Origin: Deltaproteobacteria bacterium
GTDB lineage: Bacteria; Desulfobacterota; Binatia; UTPRO1
Direction of reading: 5' to 3'
Length of the DNA stretch: 64,000 nt
Assembly: GCA_016200545.1 (NCBI GenBank)
Contig: JACQEO010000084.1
Coordinates: 5,528 to 69,527 of the forward strand
The translations under genes were made by a program, and so were the position numbers. This document shows, in pieces, positions 10,929 to 19,377 of this stretch. The notes under the pieces were generated by a model. The model saw only the letters and a program-made list of their open reading frames with translations, did no database searches and was not told the DNA's origin. Position 1 is the stretch's first letter; the number at the start of each line of letters is the position of its first letter.

Positions 10929-11070
10929 CGCACCGCACTTCGCATGTGAGCGCCCCGCGCCGCGCTCTGCGACCCACCGCCACCCCTCTTTCGCGTTGAC
11001 ACGCTACGCACGGCACGCGTACCCTTCCGAAATGCCGGCGTCGTCTCGGGTCGTCGCCGGTTGCGGTCCC

Positions 11071-11721
11071 ATGATCGATCACGCCCCTTCGTGCTCCGCG
11101 ATTCGTCGGCTGCTCGCCCTTGCGAGCATCCTCGTCCTGCTCGCGCACGCGCGACCCGCGGCCGCGACCACGCTGCTGCTGCTCGACCTCGACGCGCTCA
11201 CCGCCGCCGCCGATCGCGTCTTCATGGGCCGCGTCCTCACCGTCCGCAGTGGTCGCGATTCGAAGGGCCTGCCGGTCACGTGGACGACCTTCGCCGTCGA
11301 CGCGGCACTCAAGGGAGCACCGCCGAAGACGATCGAGATCAAGCAGCTCGGCGTCGACGCGCCGTTGCCCGACGGCGGCATCTTCCACATCCCCGCACTG
11401 CCGAGCTATCGCGTCGGCGACGAGGTCATCCTCTTTCTGCATCCCGAGAGCCGCGAAGGCTTCACCAGCCCCGTCGGCTTCGGCCAGGGTCGGTTCCGCA
11501 TCCGCCGTGACGGCGGCACCCCGGTCGCCGAGAACGACGTCGGCAACTCCAACCTCACGGCCGCGAGCGCCGGTAGCGTGCCCGTCGGCTCTGCGGCGAT
11601 GCGCGCCGAGACGCTCGCCGCCGGCCCGCCGTCCGCGGCAGCCGTCCTCCGGGCGCCGGCGCCGATCGCCGTCGACGAGCTCCTGACGCGCATTCGAGCA
11701 GCGGCCGATGCGTCGCGCTGA
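11071..11721 (+). CDS. Hypothetical secreted protein, coupled to the downstream metalloprotease
   Basis: Signal peptide 'MIDHAPSCSAIRRLLALASILVLLAHARPAAA'. Its 3' end overlaps the protease start by 14 nt. No recognisable domain. Confidence 0.5.
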   Translation: MIDHAPSCSAIRRLLALASILVLLAHARPAAATTLLLLDLDALTAAADRVFMGRVLTVRSGRDSKGLPVTWTTFAVDAALKGAPPKTIEIKQLGVDAPLPDGGIFHIPALPSYRVGDEVILFLHPESREGFTSPVGFGQGRFRIRRDGGTPVAENDVGNSNLTAASAGSVPVGSAAMRAETLAAGPPSAAAVLRAPAPIAVDELLTRIRAAADASR

Positions 11722-13921
11722 CCGCCGTCTCCGCGGCGTGCGCGCCCTCGCCGCGCCGCTGTTGGCGCTCACCGCGCTGGTCACAGGTCACGCCGACGCC
11801 GCCGGCCCGCTGATCGTGAACGGCGCCGGGACGCCGCTGGTGTGGAGCGGCGGCGTCGTCTCGTGGAATCCCGATCGCGGCACGCTCGGCACCCTCTCGA
11901 ACGCCGAGACCGTGAGCCTCGCTAGCGACAACTTCGCGAAGTGGCAGGCGGTGCCGACCGCGGCGCTCGCGATCTCCAACACCGGGGCGCTTCCCGTCGA
12001 CGTCACCACCGCCAACGTGAACGCGTTCATCGGTATCTGCGGCGACGGTCTCAGCCCGATCGTTTTCGACACCGACGGTTCGATCACTGATTCGCTGTTC
12101 GGCGTCGGCGCCTCCAATTCCATTCTCGGTTTCGCCGGTCCGGAGTGCGGCTCGCTGGTGCCGCCGGTGATCACCGAGGCCTCCGCGGTCCTGAACGGCA
12201 AGTTCATCGACGGCATTGCGACCGCGGGCAATCCGGAGATCAGCATCACGAGCTTCGCCCCGGTCCTGCTGCATGAATTCGGTCACTACCTCAACCTCGA
12301 GCACTCGCAGATCAATCTCCTCGAGGCGTTCGATCACAACGCCGCCAATGACGACACCATCGCGACGATGTTCCCGTTTCTGGTGAACGGCACCGAGGAG
12401 TCGATCCTGTCTCGCGATGACGAGGTCGCGATCTCGACGCTCTATCCGACGGCGGCGTTCAGCACCGCGTTCGGACGCATCACCGGCTCCGTGCTCCGTA
12501 GTGACGGGGTGACGCCGTTCCAGGGTGCGTACGTGATCGCCCGCAACGTCGCCGATCCCCGTCACGACGCCATCGGCTACGCCTCGGGCGAGCGCTACGT
12601 CCCGAGCGCGGCCGGTGGTCCGCCGGCTCCCGCGCTGCAAGGATTCTACGAGTTCCCGGGCCTCACGCCGGGGGCGAGCTACACCGTCGAGATCGAGCAG
12701 ATCTATGCCGGCTTCACCGGCGGTTCGAGTGTCGGCCCGTTCAGCACACCCGTCGTCTTGCCGGGGCCGGCCGAGTTCTGGAGCGGAGCGAACGAGGCCG
12801 CCGCTGACCCGCCCGACGACCCCAACGCGCCGGGCACGCCGATCATGGCCGTCGCGGCTGCGACGACCAGCGGCGTCGACATCGTCTTGAACGCCCTCGT
12901 GCCGCCGCCGAACGACGCCTGCGCCGACGCCACCAGCATCGCCGCCTTCCCATATGGCGACGGCGAGAGTACCGCAGGCGCGACCAGCGCATCGGGCGAT
13001 CCGATCCAGAACTGCAGCCCGGGCACGACGACCGCGAACGCCAACAGCGTCTGGTACCGCTTCACGGCACCGGCGGACGGCACCGTGACCGTCTCCACGA
13101 CCGGGAGCGACTACGACACCGTGCTCTCCGCCCACACCGGCGCGTGTGGCACGCTCGCCACCGTCGCCTGCGACGACGACATGACCGCTACCAACTTGCA
13201 GTCGGCGATCGGGTTCGCGGTGTCGGGCGGCACCAGCTACCTCGTCGAGGTCACGCAGTACGGCGCGCCCGGCGGTGGCGCGCTGCAGATCGCGGCCACG
13301 TTCACCGCGGGAGCCGCGGCGGGCTGTAATATCCCCGCGCCGGGAGCGTGCATCCCCGGAAAGGGCAAGCCGAACAGCGATTGCGTGACCGAGTGGCTGC
13401 TCGAGCCAGTGCCGCCGATCGACCGCGCGAAGGTGCCGCGCCGTAACGTCCCGGCGGCACGTCTCGCCTGCCACGACGGCGATCCGAGCTGCGACTTCGA
13501 CGGCGGCATCAAGGACGGCGGCTGCACCTTCCACGTAGCGGTGTGCGTGAACAACGACGATCCGCGCGCCGCGGCGGCCGGCTGTGTGCCGACGTCGATC
13601 GCGAGCTACCTCGTCAAGAAGCCGAGCGCGACGCGACCGAAAGACGCCGCCGACGTCGCCAACGGCGCGGCGCTTCGCAACGCGATCGCGGCGCTCGCAC
13701 TCTCCGGCGGCACCGTCGCGGGCGGGCTGGTCTCGTTCGTGCCGGCGGAGTCGATCGCGAACACCTGCACGCCCTTCCAGAACATCCGCGTTCCGATCGG
13801 CGCGCGGACGCTGCGCACGCGCGCGGCGACCGGGGCCGGCGTCGTCGACACCGATGGGCTGTCGCTGCGGTGTCTCCCAGCCGCGGCGGCCGCGGCAGCG
13901 CCGCGCCGCGGGCATCACTAG
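11708..13921 (+). CDS. Secreted metzincin-type zinc metalloprotease (matrixin-like HEFGHxxxLEHS) with a pre-peptidase C-terminal (PPC-like) domain and a Cys-rich C-terminal module
   Basis: Signal peptide 'LAAPLLALTALVTGHADAAG'. Zinc motif 'VLLHEFGHYLNLEHSQ' (HExxHxxxxxH). A PPC-like beta domain ('…NSVWYRFTAPADGTVTVSTTGSDYDTVLSAHTGACGT…'). A C-terminal ~198-aa Cys-rich tail. Confidence 0.7.
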   Translation: MRRADRRLRGVRALAAPLLALTALVTGHADAAGPLIVNGAGTPLVWSGGVVSWNPDRGTLGTLSNAETVSLASDNFAKWQAVPTAALAISNTGALPVDVTTANVNAFIGICGDGLSPIVFDTDGSITDSLFGVGASNSILGFAGPECGSLVPPVITEASAVLNGKFIDGIATAGNPEISITSFAPVLLHEFGHYLNLEHSQINLLEAFDHNAANDDTIATMFPFLVNGTEESILSRDDEVAISTLYPTAAFSTAFGRITGSVLRSDGVTPFQGAYVIARNVADPRHDAIGYASGERYVPSAAGGPPAPALQGFYEFPGLTPGASYTVEIEQIYAGFTGGSSVGPFSTPVVLPGPAEFWSGANEAAADPPDDPNAPGTPIMAVAAATTSGVDIVLNALVPPPNDACADATSIAAFPYGDGESTAGATSASGDPIQNCSPGTTTANANSVWYRFTAPADGTVTVSTTGSDYDTVLSAHTGACGTLATVACDDDMTATNLQSAIGFAVSGGTSYLVEVTQYGAPGGGALQIAATFTAGAAAGCNIPAPGACIPGKGKPNSDCVTEWLLEPVPPIDRAKVPRRNVPAARLACHDGDPSCDFDGGIKDGGCTFHVAVCVNNDDPRAAAAGCVPTSIASYLVKKPSATRPKDAADVANGAALRNAIAALALSGGTVAGGLVSFVPAESIANTCTPFQNIRVPIGARTLRTRAATGAGVVDTDGLSLRCLPAAAAAAAPRRGHH

Positions 13922-13942
13922 GCGCCGTCGGACGCCCCTCGC

Positions 13943-15106
13943 TCAGCCGAGCAGCCGCCGCGTCGCGAGATCGGCGCCGGCGCGCAACGCCGCGAGCTTC
14001 TCCCACACGATCTCCTCCGCCACCTCGCCGAGTCCCGCGGCGGTCGCGAAGCCGCAATCGGTGCCCGCGAGGACGCGGCGCGGATCGCCGACGGCACGCG
14101 CGGCGAGCTCGATGCGGTCGGCCACCACCTCGGGGTGCTCGACGTAGTTCGTCGTCGTGTCGATCACCCCGGCGACCAGCAGCATGCCCGGTGGTAGCGG
14201 GTGGCGGGCGAAGCAGCGGTGCTCGTGGGCGTGGCGCGGGTTCGCCATCGAGATCACCAGCGCGCCGACCCGCGCCTCGTAGAGCCACGGCAGGAGCTCT
14301 TCGAGCGGCACGTCGAGCGTATGCGGGGCCTCGTAGTTGCCCCAACACACGTGCATCCGTACCCGCTCCGGCGCGATGCCGTCGAGCGCGCGATTGATCG
14401 CGCCGATGTTCAGCTCGACCCAGCGCAGGAATTCCGTCAGCGGCCGATCGGCGAAGAGCGTGTGGCGCTCCATCGCGAGATCGGGACAGTCGAGCTGGAG
14501 GACGAGGCCGTGATCGACGATCGCGCGATACTCGACCCGCAGCGCCGCGGCGAGCGCGAGCACGTACTCGTCGAGCGTCGCGTAGTGGGCGTTCGCCATC
14601 GCGGCGGCGACGATCCCCGGCGACGCCGCGGTCATGAATGTCTCCACGAAGCGTCCGGACGACTCCCGCAGGATGCGGGCGAGATCGGCGCACTCGCGCT
14701 CGACGTGGCTCGGATCGGTGTAGCGCACCGCCTCGATCGCTTGCGGCGCGTCCATCAGGCTCACCATGGTGCGTGACAACTCCGGCAGCTTGAGGGCGAG
14801 GAAGCTCTGGAACTGTACGATGTCGCGCATGATCGGTCGCGCGCTCGCGCCGCCGAAGCCGCTCATGCGGTGTTGCACGTAGGTGAAGAAGCTCTCGCGC
14901 GGCTGTTCGCCGTCGTTGCCGACGTCGACGCCGGCGGCGAGCTGGCGCGCGATCACGTGCCGCGTCGACGCCTCGACCTCGCGCACGAACGCATCGGCGT
15001 CGACCGGCTCGCGTCGGCTGACGCGCACCAGCATCTCCACCAGCGCCGGCGTCCGCGGCAAGCTTCCGGCGTGCGTCGTCAGTATGCGCTCGTCACTCCG
15101 CTTCAT
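13943..15106 (-). CDS. Cobalamin-independent methionine synthase (MetE) C-terminal-domain-like protein (UROD/MetE superfamily)
   Basis: 'MKRSDERILTTHAGSLPRTPALVEM…' gives the TTxxGSxPR motif of MetE-like catalytic domains (~387 aa). The upstream part of the track ORF is Arg/Ser-rich frame noise, so the start is placed at this Met. Confidence 0.75.
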   Translation of the reverse strand: MKRSDERILTTHAGSLPRTPALVEMLVRVSRREPVDADAFVREVEASTRHVIARQLAAGVDVGNDGEQPRESFFTYVQHRMSGFGGASARPIMRDIVQFQSFLALKLPELSRTMVSLMDAPQAIEAVRYTDPSHVERECADLARILRESSGRFVETFMTAASPGIVAAAMANAHYATLDEYVLALAAALRVEYRAIVDHGLVLQLDCPDLAMERHTLFADRPLTEFLRWVELNIGAINRALDGIAPERVRMHVCWGNYEAPHTLDVPLEELLPWLYEARVGALVISMANPRHAHEHRCFARHPLPPGMLLVAGVIDTTTNYVEHPEVVADRIELAARAVGDPRRVLAGTDCGFATAAGLGEVAEEIVWEKLAALRAGADLATRRLLG

Positions 15107-15374
15107 CGTCGCCCTCCATCCCGTCCCCGAGTCGCCGGCTGACGACGATCTCGATCTCGTCGAGTGGCGAGACGCCGCGATTGCGGATGCGCGCGCTCCA
15201 GGCCGGCACCGAGCGGAGGTGGGTGAACACGGCGCGAATGAGCCCGGGCTTGACGCCGATCTCCCACTCGTCGAGCCACGCGTCCTCCTCGAAGTCCTCC
15301 TGCTCCCAGAGCGCGTCTGGAATCTCCGCCTCGAGGGTGAAGCGCAAGAGAAACGTCTTGTCGCGGGTCTCCAT
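15093..15374 (-). CDS. Small acidic hypothetical protein (93 aa), coupled to the MetE-like gene
   Basis: Composition (E/D/W/F/I/K-rich: 'METRDKTFLLRFTLEAEIPDALWEQEDFEEDAWLDEWEIGVKPGLIRAVF…') is unlike GC-frame artefacts. It overlaps the MetE-like start by 14 nt. No strong RBS. Confidence 0.4.
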   Translation of the reverse strand: METRDKTFLLRFTLEAEIPDALWEQEDFEEDAWLDEWEIGVKPGLIRAVFTHLRSVPAWSARIRNRGVSPLDEIEIVVSRRLGDGMEGDDEAE

Positions 15375-15411
15375 GCCGCGTTCGTAGCAGCGGGCCGCCT
15401 CTCGGCCAAGC

Positions 15412-16085
15412 TTGATGTTTGCATTCGCCGCGCGACCGATTCAGAGTCCGCGCGTGCGGCGGGAAACGCAGAGCGCGGTCGCGCCGAGCGGCTGGCCGCT
15501 CGTCGGCTGGCTGGCGCTCGCCCTCGTCGTCATGGTCGCCCTCCTACTCGCGCGCTTCGGCGCCGCCGAGGCGGGGATCCGCGTCTCATCCGCGCCACCG
15601 CGCGCACGTCGTTCACGCTCTTCCTGCTGGCGTTCGTCGCCGGCGCGCTCCGCCGCGCATGGCGCGGGCGCGCGAGCGCGTGGATCCTCGCCAATCGCCG
15701 CTACCTCGGGGTCTCCTTCGCGGTCTCGCACCTGCTGCACCTGCTCGCGATCCTCGCGCTCTACGACTGGTCCATACGGCGCTTCTTCGTCGAGACCGGC
15801 GTCGCCGCGAGCGTGTTCGGCGGCACCGGCTATCTCTTCGTCCTGGCGATGACCGTCACCTCGTTCGATCGCACCGCGGCCTGGCTTGGCCCGCGTCGCT
15901 GGCGGCGTCTGCACACGCTCGGCGTGTACTATCTCTGGATGATCTTCGCGCTCAGCTACGTGCCGCGCGCGCTCGTGGGATCGCCGGCATACGCGCCGCT
16001 CGCCGCCGGCGTGATCGCCGCGCTCGTCCTGCGTCTCGTCTACCGCCCGGGCCGCGCGCGCCGGGCGAGCCTCGCCGCAGCTTGA
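15412..16085 (+). CDS. Ferric-reductase-like transmembrane protein (MsrQ/YedZ-like), reading frame interrupted by an apparent -1 frameshift near 15580-15590
   Basis: The N-terminal TM segment ('SGWPLVGWLALALVVMVALLLARFGAAEAGIRV') is in one frame. The rest ('IRATARTSFTLFLLAFVAGALRRAW…NRRYLGVSFAVSHLLHLLAIL…HTLGVYYLWMIFALSY') is in another. Restoring one C in 'gtctc' would join them into a ~200-aa 6-TM protein. Confidence 0.5.
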
Positions 16086-16113
16086 GACCGCCGCGCGGCG
16101 CGACACTGCCGCG

Positions 16114-17163
16114 TCAGCGCACGTCCGGACGCGCCGCCGCGAGCCGGGCGCGCGCGCGCCGCAGCGCCGCCTCGCCGGTCGTCACGCCCTCACGGGCGGC
16201 GTCCTCGAACACGGCGTCGAGACGGGCCTCGATCCGCTGCACCACATCCAGCGCGCGCGCGCCGCGCCCGGCGAAGGTCTCGAAGCCGACGATCACGGCG
16301 CCGGCGTTGGCGGCAAAATCAGGCGCGTACCAGACGCCGCGTTCCTGCAGTATGCGTCCCGCGGCGTCGCTCGCGAGCTGGTTGTTCGCCGCGCCGGCGA
16401 CGCCGCGCGCCCGCAGGCGTCGCGCCACCTCCTCGGTGATCACCTCACCGACGGCGCAGGGCGCGAGCACGTCGACGTCGGCGTCGAAGATCGCCGCCGC
16501 CGGCACGCGCGGGATGCCGAGCTCGCTCGCACAGCGTGCGGCGCGTACCTCGTCCACCTCGCTGAAGCTCACGCGCGCCCCGACCTCGACGAGCAGGCGG
16601 GTGAGCACGACGCCGACGTCGCCCACGCCTTGCACCAGCACGCGCGCACCGTCGAGCGATTCGCGCCCGGTGATGCGCCGCCACACCGCGCGGACGGCGA
16701 CCAGCACGCCGGTCGCGGTACCGAGGTCGAGGCCGCCGGCCGCGTCCTCGGCGAGTGCGAAGCGCGTCCGCGACGTGACCAGGGCGAGCTCGGCGGCCGT
16801 CGTGCCGTAGTCGCACGCCGTCACGTAGCGGCCGCCGAGGGCCTCGATCACCTCGCCGAGCGCGTGAAAGGCCGCCTCGCGCCGCATCGCCGGGTGGCGC
16901 AGCACCACGGCCTTCCCGCCGCCGAGATCGAGCTCAGCGAACGCGTTCTTGTAGGTCATCGCCCGCCCCAGCCTGAGGACGTCGCGTGCGCCCTCCTCGG
17001 GCGTCGCGTAGGCGCGCCAACGGATGCCGCCGGTCGCGGGACCGAGGCGGGTATCATCGATGGCGATGAACGCAGTGAGGCCGAGGTCGCGGCGGTGGAC
17101 TACGTGGAACTCCTCGGGGCGAAACTCGTCGAGGAGCGCGAAGAGTGAAGAATCGGACGCCAT
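16114..17163 (-). CDS. Glu/Leu/Phe/Val dehydrogenase family protein (leucine/phenylalanine dehydrogenase-like)
   Basis: '…FIAIDDTRLGPATGGIRWRAYATPEEGARDVLRLGRAMTYKNAFAELDLGGGKAVV…' together with a C-terminal NAD-binding domain ('VQGVGDVGVVL'). Confidence 0.7.
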   Translation of the reverse strand: MASDSSLFALLDEFRPEEFHVVHRRDLGLTAFIAIDDTRLGPATGGIRWRAYATPEEGARDVLRLGRAMTYKNAFAELDLGGGKAVVLRHPAMRREAAFHALGEVIEALGGRYVTACDYGTTAAELALVTSRTRFALAEDAAGGLDLGTATGVLVAVRAVWRRITGRESLDGARVLVQGVGDVGVVLTRLLVEVGARVSFSEVDEVRAARCASELGIPRVPAAAIFDADVDVLAPCAVGEVITEEVARRLRARGVAGAANNQLASDAAGRILQERGVWYAPDFAANAGAVIVGFETFAGRGARALDVVQRIEARLDAVFEDAAREGVTTGEAALRRARARLAAARPDVR

Positions 17164-17210
17164 GCACCCCGGTAGCGGCCGCGCCACGACCCGTCAACGG
17201 GGAGCGGCGC

Positions 17211-18473
17211 TCAGGACGCGAGCGCGATCTCGGAAGCGACTTGCACACGTACCGGCGGCGCCGGCGTGGGCGCGGCGCGCGGCATCGGCTCGCGCGGCAG
17301 CGTGAACTCGAAGGCTGCGCCCTCCTCGTCGATATACGGCGAGATGGCGCGGATGGCGCCGCCGTGGTGCTCGATGGCGAGCCGGCAGAACGTCAGCCCG
17401 AGGCCCCAGCCGTGGAGGCGATCGGCACCCTGCTGGTGCTTGCGGAACAAGTTCGACAGCAGTGCCGGCGGGATCACTGGGCCGCGGTTTCCGATGCGCA
17501 CGACCAAGGTCCCGTCGTTCCGCCGCTCGGTGTGCAGGTCGATGCGCGTGCCGCGCGGCGCCGCGCTGACGGCGTTGTCGAGGAGGTTCAGAAGCACGCG
17601 TTCGACGAGCTGCTGATCGCAGCGCACGATCACCTGCATCTCCCCGCTGGCGACGATCGTCAGCTCCTTGGCGCGCGCCATCGCCGCCGCGTCTTCCACC
17701 ATCGGCTCGCAGATCGACGACCACGGCACGTCGTTCAAGCGTAGCGGCATCCATCCGCTCTCCAGCCGGTTGACGTCGAGGATGGTGCCGACGAGCGTCG
17801 TAATGCTGCGCGTCGAGTGGCGCAGGATCGGGATCATCCTGTCGAGCGACGTCGCATCCAGCTCGAGCATCTCGACCGCCGACGTGGCGGCGTGGATCCA
17901 GTTCTTGATGTCGTGCACGGTGAGGTCGAGGAGGTCGTTCCGCTGGCGCTCGCTCTCGTGGAGCTGCGCCGTGCGCTCGCCGACGATGCGTTCGAGGTCG
18001 CGCGCGTACTCCCGCAGGCGCGCGTGCGCCGCCCGCAGGAGATCGGTCTGCGTCACGATGCCGCGGAGCTGTCCCGTCCGCGACACCACCGGCAACCGGC
18101 GGATACCGTGACGACCGATCTCGGCGATGGCGTCGGCGACGCTGGCCTCGGGCTCGACGACGACGAGCGGGCGGTGCGTCGTCTCCCGGACCGTGCGCGC
18201 CGCCCAGCCGCTCGGGTCGTGCGCGCATTCGCGCACCACGTCGCGCTCGGATACGACCCCGACCGGCCGGTCGCCGTCCATGACGACCGCGCAGCTGATC
18301 GTGTGCGTCGCGAGCAGCCCGGCGACGTCGCCAAGCGACGCGTCGACCGACACGTGCCACACCTGCTCCGACATGTGCTCGGCGACGGACACGCCCCGAA
18401 TATCGAACCGTGAGGCGCCGAACTTGAGCGCACGGCAGTTCGCATGGCGCACGTCGGGCGCGCCGTCGGTCAC
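17211..18473 (-). CDS. Sensor histidine kinase with an N-terminal CBS pair
   Basis: CBS-domain region ('…VGVVSERDVVRE…RGIVTQTDLLRA'), HisKA H-box ('LTVHDIKNWIHA'), and HATPase_c ('LLDNAVSA…GWGLGLTFCRLAIEHHGGAI'). No cognate response regulator is adjacent. Confidence 0.7.
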   Translation of the reverse strand: MTDGAPDVRHANCRALKFGASRFDIRGVSVAEHMSEQVWHVSVDASLGDVAGLLATHTISCAVVMDGDRPVGVVSERDVVRECAHDPSGWAARTVRETTHRPLVVVEPEASVADAIAEIGRHGIRRLPVVSRTGQLRGIVTQTDLLRAAHARLREYARDLERIVGERTAQLHESERQRNDLLDLTVHDIKNWIHAATSAVEMLELDATSLDRMIPILRHSTRSITTLVGTILDVNRLESGWMPLRLNDVPWSSICEPMVEDAAAMARAKELTIVASGEMQVIVRCDQQLVERVLLNLLDNAVSAAPRGTRIDLHTERRNDGTLVVRIGNRGPVIPPALLSNLFRKHQQGADRLHGWGLGLTFCRLAIEHHGGAIRAISPYIDEEGAAFEFTLPREPMPRAAPTPAPPVRVQVASEIALAS

Positions 18474-18485
18474 GCCGCGGTCCAG

Positions 18486-19274
18486 TCAGGAGCGCGCGGG
18501 CTCGGGCTTGAACCGCCGCCCGATGACCCCCGAGACGCGCCGCACGAGAGCGCGCGGTACGAGACCCGTGAGGCTCGTCGCCACCCGGTTGCCGGCGCCG
18601 GGCACGCACACGACGTCGCCGCGCCGCAATCCGTTGAGCGCGGCATCGACGACGGCCTCCGCCGACATCCAGAAGAAGGCCGGAATGTTCGCGACGTCGA
18701 TGCCCGCGCGTTCCTGGAACTCGGTGCGCGTGAACCCCGGACAGAGTGCCTGCACGCGCACGCCGCTGCCGCGCAGCTCCTCGGAGAGCGCCTCCGTGAA
18801 GCTGTTCACCCACGCTTTGGTGGCGCTGTACGTCGCGTTGAAGGCCCCCGGCTGAAAGGCGCCGACCGAGGAAACGTTGACGATCGCGCCCGCGTGGCGC
18901 GCCAACATGCCGGGCAGCGTTGCGCGCGTGAGGCGCATGAGCGCGATCACGTTCAGGCGGATCTCCTCTTCCTCACGCGTCGGGTCGAGCTCGGCGAAGG
19001 CGCCGACGGTGCCGAAGCCGGCATTGTTGACGAGCAGGTCGAGGGGCGCGGCGGTGACCGCCGCGACCGTGGCGTCGACGCCGCGCGGGTCGCTCAGGTC
19101 GGCCACCAGCACGTCGACCTTGCCGCCGGGCGCGCGCAGACGCGTCGCCAGCTCCTCGAGTCGGCCGCGCGTGCGTGCAACGACGGTGAGGTCGTAGCCG
19201 TCGCGGGCGAGGCGCGCCGCGAAGGCGGCGCCGATCCCCGACGACCCCCCGGTGACGAGCGCGCGCGGACGCAG
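18486..19274 (-). CDS. Short-chain dehydrogenase/reductase (SDR); 5' end lacks a canonical start codon
   Basis: '…RPRALVTGGSSGIGAAFAARLARDGYDLTVVARTRGRLEELA…NNAGFG…YSATKAWVNSF' gives the TGxxxGIG, NNAG and YxxxK motifs. The track ORF begins at an internal GTG (19112), but the Rossmann N-terminus is encoded upstream. No ATG/GTG/TTG precedes it before an in-frame TAG; CTG at 19272-19274 would give MRPRALVTGG. Confidence 0.7.
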   Translation of the reverse strand: MRPRALVTGGSSGIGAAFAARLARDGYDLTVVARTRGRLEELATRLRAPGGKVDVLVADLSDPRGVDATVAAVTAAPLDLLVNNAGFGTVGAFAELDPTREEEEIRLNVIALMRLTRATLPGMLARHAGAIVNVSSVGAFQPGAFNATYSATKAWVNSFTEALSEELRGSGVRVQALCPGFTRTEFQERAGIDVANIPAFFWMSAEAVVDAALNGLRRGDVVCVPGAGNRVATSLTGLVPRALVRRVSGVIGRRFKPEPARS

Positions 19275-19377
19275 GGTCGATCTCTTCTCGGCTGCGGATG
19301 ATTGTGCCTGCGTGTCCCTCCCGAACGTGGGCGGCTATCGCACGAGGACTCGTCCCTTTCAATGCGCGCCTGCGTGC

